Below are positions 10,304 through 18,492 of a DNA stretch of 64,000 nt, one piece after another. The stretch lies in contig OZ242011.1 in NCBI GenBank assembly GCA_965204755.1, forward strand, positions 2,656,001 to 2,720,000, read 5' to 3'. The position numbers and the translations under genes were made by a program. The DNA is from Candidatus Marinacidobacterium sp. GTDB lineage: Bacteria > Acidobacteriota > Vicinamibacteria > Marinacidobacterales > Marinacidobacteraceae. The first letter of the stretch is position 1, and the number at the start of each line of letters is the position of its first letter. Below the pieces are notes generated by a model that was given only the letters and a program-made list of their open reading frames with translations, made no database searches and was not told where the DNA came from.

Positions 10304-12070
10304 ATGTCGTTCTCGGACCTTTTCGAGATGGGGACATTCTCCGTTCCGTGGCACCAGCGGCACTATGATTGGGACAAGCCCCATGTGACGGCCCTCCTCA
10401 ATGACATCGAGGAGGCACGCCGGGAAAGCCGGGTCTGCTATTTCCTCGGTTCGATCATGTTGATCGACTCGGGTGGCGACCACTGGGAAATCAACGACGG
10501 GCAGCAGCGAATGGTCACGGTTTCCCTGATCATCGCCCGGCTCTGTCGACTGGCGTTCGACGAGAACCCCGACGCGCAAAGAGTGAAGATCGCCTTGAGC
10601 AAGTTGTTCGTCGTCGAACGCGACGCAGTGTGTAGTCTCGACGACGCCGACGGCTACCAAGCACGCATCACGCCTCCTCGGAACGATCTCACTCGATATC
10701 ACCAGATCATCCGCGGCAACCCCATCGGCACGAATGGGAAACTCACCACTGCATGGAAGGAGATCGATGCGTTTTTGACCAGTATGTCGCTCTCCGACGC
10801 CTATCGGTACTTCGACTATTTGGTCAAGAAGACAGAAGTGGCAGTGCTTCGCGTTCCGAAAGTCGTGGACCCGAACGCGGTCTATGAAACACTCAACTTC
10901 CGAGGTAAGAACCTGGACGATGTGGATCTGATCCGGAATCACCTCTACTCGTTCTTCTCCGATGACGCAGACGAACATCGGCGTGAGGTGGTGCGCGAAA
11001 ACATCGAGAGGATCGGCGATGCCCTCACCCGAAGAGGAAAGTCTAGGAACAGGAGTGCCGAAGAGTATCTGAGGTGTCATACGCAGTGCCTGTTCGGTCA
11101 CATGCGTAGCCAGCACTTCTATCGCGACTTCCGAAGAGAGATGCGGGCGTATCTGAACAACCAGCGGACGTCCAGACGCACAGACGCCGCCTTGGTGTTC
11201 CAACTTATCGAGAAGTTGTCCGATCGCGCGGCTCTGCGCCTATTCCGAACGATCACCACACCAGGGCCGGACCCCGAGGCCGTAGAGGGCTTCGAGCGTC
11301 GCGCGGGGACAACGGGAAGCCGCCGGCGGCTGGCAGTGTTTCTGAGGGAACTGCGTAACTACACCGTAGTACAACCGCTGCTGTTCTCCATGCTCATGGT
11401 GTACCGAAGGGAGAGTGACGGTCGCCGGCTGCGTCGCATTGCGAATGAGGTCAACCGGAGTGTCGAGCGGCTTACGGCTTTCGTGCTTCGGACGGCTTTT
11501 GTCGTTCCGAAGTTCGAACCTTCCCATTATGAGGAGAAGTTTGCGGATCTCGCGCGACAGATGATGGATGCGGGTGAGACGTCGGAAGAGGCAATCATCG
11601 ATCTGCTCCGTGAGTGCGATGTGCACGGAGTCTTGGATGACCAGCAGTTTCGGGAATCCATGAAACGCGTGAAGAGAATGACCGGATCCGCAAGGATCAG
11701 GTCGTTCCTCCTTGGTGTCAATGCGACCGTGGCAGGTGACCCGAGCCTGTTGAACGAAGAGCGGTGCACGCTGGAACATATCCTCCCAACGGGTGCTGAG
11801 CATTGGAGCGGCTGGACGGGCTTCAAGACAGTGGACGAGAGCGAGTATGCTCATCGCTTGGGGAATCTGACGCTGATGGGCCCCGATGACAACAAACCGG
11901 GTAAGCGGTTCAATGCGAGTTTCAATGCCAAGAGAGGCAGTTACGAGCAGAGTTCGGTAGCGATGACGAGAGAAGTTGCCAAGCAGGACGAGTGGAACCC
12001 GGATGTGATCGCGCGTCGGGAGGATGACCTGATTGAGCGGGCGATCGAAGTATGGACCTTCGAGGCCTGA
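10304..12070 (+). CDS. DUF262 + DUF1524 (HNH) protein, GmrSD/SspE-like nuclease
   Basis: FSVPWHQRHYDW, YFLGSI, EINDGQQR, VYETLNFRG (DUF262); TLEHILP...LGNLTL...N (DUF1524 HNH). Confidence 0.88.
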   Translation: MSFSDLFEMGTFSVPWHQRHYDWDKPHVTALLNDIEEARRESRVCYFLGSIMLIDSGGDHWEINDGQQRMVTVSLIIARLCRLAFDENPDAQRVKIALSKLFVVERDAVCSLDDADGYQARITPPRNDLTRYHQIIRGNPIGTNGKLTTAWKEIDAFLTSMSLSDAYRYFDYLVKKTEVAVLRVPKVVDPNAVYETLNFRGKNLDDVDLIRNHLYSFFSDDADEHRREVVRENIERIGDALTRRGKSRNRSAEEYLRCHTQCLFGHMRSQHFYRDFRREMRAYLNNQRTSRRTDAALVFQLIEKLSDRAALRLFRTITTPGPDPEAVEGFERRAGTTGSRRRLAVFLRELRNYTVVQPLLFSMLMVYRRESDGRRLRRIANEVNRSVERLTAFVLRTAFVVPKFEPSHYEEKFADLARQMMDAGETSEEAIIDLLRECDVHGVLDDQQFRESMKRVKRMTGSARIRSFLLGVNATVAGDPSLLNEERCTLEHILPTGAEHWSGWTGFKTVDESEYAHRLGNLTLMGPDDNKPGKRFNASFNAKRGSYEQSSVAMTREVAKQDEWNPDVIARREDDLIERAIEVWTFEA

Positions 12071-13467
12071 CGGACGCCGCGAGTGTGCGGCGTCGCGTGG
12101 AATCGGACCTGAAACTGCCGGCGCCACTTCTGCCGTATCAGTGGGAGGGAGTGGCGTTTCTTTGTCGATCACCGGCCGCGCTCTTGGCGGACGAGATGGG
12201 GCTGGGGAAGACGGTGCAGGCCGCCGTAGCGCTGGCGCTGTTGTTGAACGGCGGATCGAGCGTACGGCGCGTCCTGGTCGTGGCTCCGGCATCCCTGACT
12301 CTGAACTGGATGGAAGAGATCCGTCGCTGGGCACCATCGGTGACCGTGCGGCGTCTGACCGGGAGCGACCGGGATCGGGCGGCCTGGTACATCCTTCCGG
12401 TACCGGTTCTCGTGGGATCGTACGAGCAGATTCGGGAGGACGGTCTGGACCGCATACCGCGGGGCGCTTTCGACCTGGTGATTCTGGACGAGGCGCAGCG
12501 CATCAAGAACGAGGCGTCGCGGACTTCACTCGCTTGCCGACTCTTGCCCCGGGAGCGGGCTTGGGCACTGTCGGCGACACCTCTCGAGAATCGGGAGGAA
12601 GACTTGGTGTCGATCTTCGGGTTCCTTAATGTACGGGCCGATGGAGGGCGGCCGGAGGATCTGGGAAGAGCCCTTGAAACCGTGATGCTGCGCCGTCGAA
12701 AATCGGAGGTTCGGGCGGATCTGCCGCCCGTCATCATCCAGGATGTCCGGGTGGAGATGGATCGGCCTCAACGAGAGCGGTACGACCGGATGTGGGTCCA
12801 TCGGACCGAGGGGCTGGAAGCGGGGCGGAATCGGAGTGAGATCCGGGGGATGCTGCTCGGGCTGATCACGCGTTTGAAGGCGGTGTGCAACTTCGACGAG
12901 CGCACGGGCTGCTCGGCCAAGTTGGAGGGGCTGGAGGCGGTCATCGATGGGGCCGGCCCGACGGCGCGCATCTTGGTCTTCTCCCAGTTCGTCTCGACTC
13001 TGCGGTGGATTTCTGATAAACTCAGAGTTCCACATGGTCTCGTCATCGGGCCGATGACGATGGAGGCTCGGCAGGAGGCCATGAGCGATTTTCGGCTGAA
13101 GCCGTCCCCCAGAGTCCTGCTCGTGTCCCTGAAGGCGGGCGGTGTCGGCCTCAACCTTGGAGAAGCCACTCACGTAGTGATGTTCGATCGGTGGTGGAAC
13201 TCTGCCGTGGAGTCGCAGGCCATTTTTCGCGCCCACCGGCACGACCGCCCGGATCCGCTCCATGTGATCCGGTTTCTCACCGTCGAATCCATCGAGGAGC
13301 GAATCGCAGCGATCATCGAGCGGAAGACATCACTGTTCGATGAGGTGGTCGAAGGCGCGAGCAGCCGACGACCGAAACACGACGGGCTCACGGAAGCAGA
13401 CCTGAGATACATGCTCGACTTGGCTTCCGCCGGGCCAGACCACGAGTCGCACTCAGTCACGGCGTAG
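12052..13467 (+). CDS. Compact SNF2-family helicase/translocase
   Basis: LLPYQWEG, LADEMGLGKT, ILDEAQRIKN, LSATPLEN, LVFSQF, GGVGLNL, DRWWN, QAIFRAHR. Confidence 0.92.
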   Translation: MDLRGLTDAASVRRRVESDLKLPAPLLPYQWEGVAFLCRSPAALLADEMGLGKTVQAAVALALLLNGGSSVRRVLVVAPASLTLNWMEEIRRWAPSVTVRRLTGSDRDRAAWYILPVPVLVGSYEQIREDGLDRIPRGAFDLVILDEAQRIKNEASRTSLACRLLPRERAWALSATPLENREEDLVSIFGFLNVRADGGRPEDLGRALETVMLRRRKSEVRADLPPVIIQDVRVEMDRPQRERYDRMWVHRTEGLEAGRNRSEIRGMLLGLITRLKAVCNFDERTGCSAKLEGLEAVIDGAGPTARILVFSQFVSTLRWISDKLRVPHGLVIGPMTMEARQEAMSDFRLKPSPRVLLVSLKAGGVGLNLGEATHVVMFDRWWNSAVESQAIFRAHRHDRPDPLHVIRFLTVESIEERIAAIIERKTSLFDEVVEGASSRRPKHDGLTEADLRYMLDLASAGPDHESHSVTA

Positions 13468-13484
13468 AGCGCTGGGAGGCGCGT

Positions 13485-14312
13485 ATGGCAAGCATCAAAG
13501 AGTATCGGTCGCTCCCGCTGGGCGACCTGGTCATCGGCAAGGCTCAAGTTCGGGTAAGCGAACTCGGTGCCGGCATCGACGAACTGGCGGAGAGCATCCG
13601 CGTACAGGGCCTGTTGCAGCCGATCGTCGTCTGCCAAGCCGAGGACGGAGAGCGGTGGGAAATCCTCACCGGTCAGCGCCGTTTCCTGGCTCACCAGCGG
13701 TTGGAGCGCGACTCCATCTACGCCGCGATCTTGGACGAGCGCGTCGGCGAGGCCGAGGCCAAAGCGATCTCGATCACGGAGAATCTGGTTCGCCGGAAAC
13801 TGACTGGACGGGATTTGAAGGACGGAATCCTGTTCTTGTACAACCGCTACGGGAGTGTTCGGGATGTGGCCGACAAGACGGGGATCTCCCAGAGCCAAGT
13901 GCGGGCCAATGTGAAGTATCCGCGGCTTCACCGCCGTCTTCAGCAACTGGTCGACGACAACGCTGTGCCGATCAATGTGGCGGTCAGGGCAAATGACGCC
14001 GCAATGGACGCGAGCGGTGAAGTCAACCCGGACGAGGCCGAGAAACTCGCCCGGGAGATGGACCCGATGGCCGATGTCCAGCGCCGCAAGTTGGTTCAGG
14101 ATCGCCGAGCACATCCGGAGAAGTCGGTCGACGATGTCATCGAACATGCCAAGACCGGTGGACAGATCTTCCAAGTCACTACCACCGTCTCGGCGCAGAC
14201 GCACGCCGCGATCCAGAGAGTGGCGAAGGAAGAGGGACTCAACCAGGACGAGGCGACCTCGATGTTGATCGAGGAAGCACTCGCAGGTCGAGGCGCCTTC
14301 GAGGAGGAATGA
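13485..14312 (+). CDS. ParB/RepB/Spo0J-family protein (ParB N-terminal domain + HTH)
   Basis: ELAESIRVQGLLQPIVV, EILTGQRRFLA (GxRR), ITENLVR, HTH SVRDVADKTGISQSQV. GGGAGG RBS upstream. Confidence 0.85.
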   Translation: MASIKEYRSLPLGDLVIGKAQVRVSELGAGIDELAESIRVQGLLQPIVVCQAEDGERWEILTGQRRFLAHQRLERDSIYAAILDERVGEAEAKAISITENLVRRKLTGRDLKDGILFLYNRYGSVRDVADKTGISQSQVRANVKYPRLHRRLQQLVDDNAVPINVAVRANDAAMDASGEVNPDEAEKLAREMDPMADVQRRKLVQDRRAHPEKSVDDVIEHAKTGGQIFQVTTTVSAQTHAAIQRVAKEEGLNQDEATSMLIEEALAGRGAFEEE

Positions 14313-15031
14313 TGACCGCGCCCCGATCCTGGGATCTCGGGCGTCTTCGGATGTCTGTGGGGTACGGCAGGCAGAAGCGCGGACGGCACTACTCTCCGGT
14401 CGAAGTGGGCGAGTGGGTGATGCAGGAACGGAGACGCGGGGCGTCGCTCGCCGATTGCGCGGCGACTCTCAACCTCGATGGCGTCGGCCATATCGGGCGG
14501 TTTCCTCGTCTTCTGAGACTGCCTGAAGATGTCCTCCACCTCGTGGATTGGGGTACGCCGCGAGGCGGCATCGGTTTCTCGGCGGCGGTGGAACTGGCGA
14601 AACTGCGAAGCCAGGGTGACCAGCGGGAAGTCGCGGATGCCGTACTGAAACATGGCCTCACGAGTCGAGAGATTCGGCAGATGGGCCAACTGAGGCAGCG
14701 GTCTGACCGCACCGTGACGGAGGCGATCGAGGACGGACTCCGGATGCGTCCGAAGGTCGTGCGCCGTCATGTCTTCCTCGGAAGTGTCTCGGCGCGCATT
14801 CGCGACTACATGGCCGATCGAGAACAATGTCAGCGTGACGCCCTGCTGCGGCACAGCATCGACAAAGTTGGACTGCGAGAAGTCACCGGCAGGTTGGGCC
14901 CGCAGATCTTCACACTGGTCGGCGGCGACGTCTTCGCGAAGTCGATGCGCGACATCGGTGTCGACGACATTGAGTCGAAGTTGCTCGATGCGATGGAAGA
15001 GGAGGTTTCTCGTGGGCGAGCCGAAGGTTGA
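14309..15031 (+). CDS. Hypothetical protein resembling a ParB/KorB-type HTH region without the N-terminal ParB domain
   Basis: SPVEVG...SLADCAATLNL...RLLRLPEDVLHLV...IGFSAAVELAKL...QREVADAVLKHGLTSREIR resembles the ParB central domain. ATGA overlap with the upstream gene. Confidence 0.6.
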   Translation: MMTAPRSWDLGRLRMSVGYGRQKRGRHYSPVEVGEWVMQERRRGASLADCAATLNLDGVGHIGRFPRLLRLPEDVLHLVDWGTPRGGIGFSAAVELAKLRSQGDQREVADAVLKHGLTSREIRQMGQLRQRSDRTVTEAIEDGLRMRPKVVRRHVFLGSVSARIRDYMADREQCQRDALLRHSIDKVGLREVTGRLGPQIFTLVGGDVFAKSMRDIGVDDIESKLLDAMEEEVSRGRAEG

Positions 15032-16040
15032 TGTGTTCGCCAACGGCGCTGTTGCTCTTGGCGATCACATAGTGTGCGACGGGTATGTGATGGGGCGGGC
15101 CTATCGTGTCCAGACACATATACATGACGACCACATGGCGGGCTTCAACACGAGCAAGGGGGAACAGGATTTCCTGTTGAGTCCCGCGACTTACGATCTC
15201 TTGGTCGCCGAGAAGGATGCCGAGTTGCCGTATCGGAGCAACTTTCACGCGTTGGACGCGGGCGGCAGCAAGTCGTTGTTCGATGGCTCCTCGGTGGAAC
15301 TGGCGCCGTCGAACCACATGCTCGGTGCGTGTCAAGTGGCTGTGACCTTGCCCGGCGGCGGCCGGCTGGGGTACTCCGGCGACTTCGGATGGCCGATCGA
15401 GCAGGTCATCGAAGTGGACGAGTTGGTGGTGGACAGTACTTACGGTAGTCCGCGGAGCGTGAGGTCTTACGGCCAAGAGGAAGTGGAGGCGCGACTCTGG
15501 GAGATCATCTGCGCTGCGCTGCGGGTGGGGACCGTCCATATCCGCGCGCACCGGGGAACGATCGAGCGAGTGCTGCATCTGCTGGGTCAGGGGACGGGGG
15601 TTCCCATTTTGGCGTCGGATCGCCGGATTCGAGAGGTCGAGGTCTACCAGAAGTACGGCTACGCGGTTTGTGACTTGGTTTCGATCGAGTCGGAGGCCGG
15701 AAGGGAGGCGCTGAAGGAGAGGTCGTATGTGCGCGTGTACTCGAAGGGTGACGGGTTTCCGAATGAACTTCTGGAGGGCACTTCAGTAATCTGCAGTGCC
15801 TTCATGTGCGGGCCTGACGATCCGGTGCTACAGCACTCGGAACGGGTCTTTCGCGTGGCCCTCTCGAACCATGCGGATTTCGAGGAAACGCTGGCGTACG
15901 TCCGGGAGACGGGAGCGAAGCGGGTGGTTACGGACAACACGCGCCTTCACGGATGCGAGTTGGCGCTGGCGCTGAACGAGCGGCTCAGTGGCGTGGAAGC
16001 GTCACCGTCGTCCAATCGGCCCACCCCGCGACGGGAGTAG
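15012..16040 (+). CDS. Metallo-beta-lactamase-fold beta-CASP nuclease
   Basis: THIHDDH (HxHxDH), NHMLGA, GYSGDF, VDSTYG, LSNHADF. GTG start after GGAGG, overlapping the upstream stop. Confidence 0.82.
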   Translation: MGEPKVDVFANGAVALGDHIVCDGYVMGRAYRVQTHIHDDHMAGFNTSKGEQDFLLSPATYDLLVAEKDAELPYRSNFHALDAGGSKSLFDGSSVELAPSNHMLGACQVAVTLPGGGRLGYSGDFGWPIEQVIEVDELVVDSTYGSPRSVRSYGQEEVEARLWEIICAALRVGTVHIRAHRGTIERVLHLLGQGTGVPILASDRRIREVEVYQKYGYAVCDLVSIESEAGREALKERSYVRVYSKGDGFPNELLEGTSVICSAFMCGPDDPVLQHSERVFRVALSNHADFEETLAYVRETGAKRVVTDNTRLHGCELALALNERLSGVEASPSSNRPTPRRE

Positions 16041-16096
16041 CGCGGCCGAGTAGGTGTGGCCGCGCGCGGACCCGGGCGGCCGCCGGCGGGGGCCGG

Positions 16097-16924
16097 TTAC
16101 TCGGCTTCGACCGGGTTGCGGAGCGTTCCTACGCGTTCGATTTCGACTTCCACGAGGTCGCCGGGTTTCAGGTAGAGGGGCGGTTTCCGGGCGGCGCCGA
16201 CGCCGGAGGGGGTGCCGGTGGCGATGACATCGCCGGGCCGGAGCGGGGTGATGCGGGAGAGGTAGGCGATGAGTTCCCGCACCGGGTAACTCATCCGGGA
16301 GGTATGGCTCCGCTGGACGACTTCGCCGTTCAGCCGGGTTTCGATGGAGAGCGCCTGCGGGTCGGGGATCTCGTCGGCGCTCGCGATCCAGGGGCCGAAA
16401 CCGCCGGTGCGGTAGAAGTTCTTCCCGGGGCCGAACTGGGTGCTGTGGGCCTGGTAGTCGCGCACCGAGGCGTCGTCGAAGCAGGAATACCCGGCCACAT
16501 GGTCGAGCGCCCGGTCTTCCGGGATGTGGCGGCCGGGTTTGCCGATGACGACCGCGAACTCGCCTTCGTAGTCCAGTTTCTCCGAGACGCGGGGTCGCAG
16601 CAACGCCTCCCCGTGTCCGACGAGGCAGACCGGGAACCGGGTGAACAGGGTGGGGTAGTCGGCCTTGGCCTTGCCGGTTTCGATCCGGTGGTCCTCGTAG
16701 TTCAGCCCGACGCACCAGATGGCTCCAGGGCGGGGGATCGGCGGGGCGAACCGCGCCCCGTCCAGCGGCGCCCCGGCGGCCCAGTCCGGTTCCGACTCCG
16801 GGAGCCCCCCGTCGAGCCGCGCCCGGAGCGGGCCGTCACCGGGCAGCCGGACGAACCGCTCCCCGTCGGACGAGATGGCGACCGGCGTCTCCGCGCCGGC
16901 GAGGAGGAGTGTTGCGAATCTCAT
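16097..16924 (-). CDS. Fumarylacetoacetate hydrolase family protein
   Basis: CVGLNYEDH, LDYEGE, DASVRDYQ, GKNF, GDVIATGTPSGVG. Confidence 0.92.
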   Translation of the reverse strand: MRFATLLLAGAETPVAISSDGERFVRLPGDGPLRARLDGGLPESEPDWAAGAPLDGARFAPPIPRPGAIWCVGLNYEDHRIETGKAKADYPTLFTRFPVCLVGHGEALLRPRVSEKLDYEGEFAVVIGKPGRHIPEDRALDHVAGYSCFDDASVRDYQAHSTQFGPGKNFYRTGGFGPWIASADEIPDPQALSIETRLNGEVVQRSHTSRMSYPVRELIAYLSRITPLRPGDVIATGTPSGVGAARKPPLYLKPGDLVEVEIERVGTLRNPVEAE

Positions 16925-16951
16925 GGAGCGCGGATGCTATCTTCCTCCGTC

Positions 16952-18271
16952 ATGAGTACCGAACCCACGGCGCGCAAGGAGCACGTCGTCATCCGCAGCG
17001 AAAATCGAATCCGGTTTCTCGGGCGGGTGAACACTCGAGCCCATCGCGAATTTCTGTACTGTTTGTCGAACGGCGTCGAGCGCGGTTACAAGGACTTCGT
17101 CCTCGATTTCGCCGCCAGTGAACGGGCGTACCTGTGGGGGATGCTTCCCCTGCTTGCCGATGTGGAGCGGCTGCGGCGCGAGCATGTATCCGTCGAAGTC
17201 GTCTTGCCGACGGAGCCGAATTGCCGGCGCCTCTTTCTGAAGACGAATTGGGCGCACTATCTCGACCCCGCCCACTACGAAAAGGTGCATGCGGACCTCG
17301 TTTACACCGGGTACGGTCGCCATGTTCCGGCCCACCGCTTCACCGACGGAACGACTCAAAAAGCCTTGGTGGACGCCTCCTTGGATGTCCTCATGAAGAA
17401 TCTCCGGCTGGATCGCGTCTCCCTTCATGCATTGGAGTGGTCGCTGAACGAGATTACGGACAATGTCTTGAACCACGCGGAATCTCCGGACGGCGGGCTC
17501 GTCCAAGTGAATACCTTCTCCGAGGGGCTACGGGTTGAGATCGGTGTCGCAGACTCCGGTCAGGGTGTTCTTGCTTCCCTGCGACAAGGACATTCGCATC
17601 TCCGTACGCACGAAGAGGCGCTCTACGAGGCCATGAAGCCCGGCACGACCCGCGATCCGCGGGTTGGGCAGGGCAACGGGATCTGGGGCACGATGAGCAT
17701 TGCCAAGGCGTCCGGCGGTAGTTTCGAGATCACTTCGGGCTCGGCCGAACTCAAGGTGTCACAAGACGAGGTGAGACCGTACAAACGCTCTCGGCGATTG
17801 AGTTTCTGCGGCACCTTCGTTCGGGCCGATTTCCGGCTCGACTCCGGGGCTGCGTTCGAAGAAGTCTTGGGAGTGCCGGGAAGCCGCGCCGATCTCATCG
17901 AAACTTCGTATGAAACCGACGACGGTGACGCCGTGGTCCTGCGGCTCAATCGGGAGTCGTCCGGATTCGGCACCCGGTGGGCCGGGCGGGAGTTGCGGAC
18001 GAAGTGCCGGAACCTCCTCGACGCCGCGCCGGAGAAACCGCTGTTGCTGGACTGGGAGGGAATCGCCCTCGTGTCCAGCAGTTTCGCGGATGAACTCATG
18101 GGCAAACTGTTCGTGGAACTCACGCCGCTGGCGTTCGCGGCGAGGGTCCGCAGCAAGGGGATGGAGCCGCTCGTCCGCGGGCTCGTGGACAAGGCGATCC
18201 TGCAGCGGGCGGCGCAGGCCGCGGCGGAGAACGACGCGGCTTCCGGCGGGACGGAATCCGGCGCGCCCTGA
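16952..18271 (+). CDS. STAS-like + HATPase + STAS-like (DUF4325-type) protein
   Basis: EITDNVLNHA, VADSGQG, GQGNGIWG (GHKL boxes); C-terminal LLDWEGIALVSSSFADELMGKL. Confidence 0.7.
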   Translation: MSTEPTARKEHVVIRSENRIRFLGRVNTRAHREFLYCLSNGVERGYKDFVLDFAASERAYLWGMLPLLADVERLRREHVSVEVVLPTEPNCRRLFLKTNWAHYLDPAHYEKVHADLVYTGYGRHVPAHRFTDGTTQKALVDASLDVLMKNLRLDRVSLHALEWSLNEITDNVLNHAESPDGGLVQVNTFSEGLRVEIGVADSGQGVLASLRQGHSHLRTHEEALYEAMKPGTTRDPRVGQGNGIWGTMSIAKASGGSFEITSGSAELKVSQDEVRPYKRSRRLSFCGTFVRADFRLDSGAAFEEVLGVPGSRADLIETSYETDDGDAVVLRLNRESSGFGTRWAGRELRTKCRNLLDAAPEKPLLLDWEGIALVSSSFADELMGKLFVELTPLAFAARVRSKGMEPLVRGLVDKAILQRAAQAAAENDAASGGTESGAP

Positions 18272-18492
18272 GCGGCCTCGTCCGTCCCCTCTCCGCCCCC
18301 ACTCGCGGCGCCTCCGAGCCCGCTCCGTTCGGGCGGAGCCCGCCGGCGACCGGCCTTCCGCGCCCGTCAACCGCTCGCGCCGCGAAGCCGGCGATACTTC
18401 CCGGCTTCCCGCCCGCCCGCGGGTCTCCGACCCGCCGCTCTCGAACCGGCCCGCCCGACTTTCCTCTGCGCTCGCGCACCGACTCCCCGACC

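Noticed and set aside
13485-14312. Chromosomal parAB / origin region
   Set aside because: No parA, dnaA or gidAB, and no parS palindrome noticed; the gene is embedded in a defence-like operon.
7505-16097. Possible att sites flanking the dnd island (GC-rich similarity near 7506-7530 and 16071-16097)
   Set aside because: Short, imperfect and low-complexity; no integrase or tRNA adjacent.
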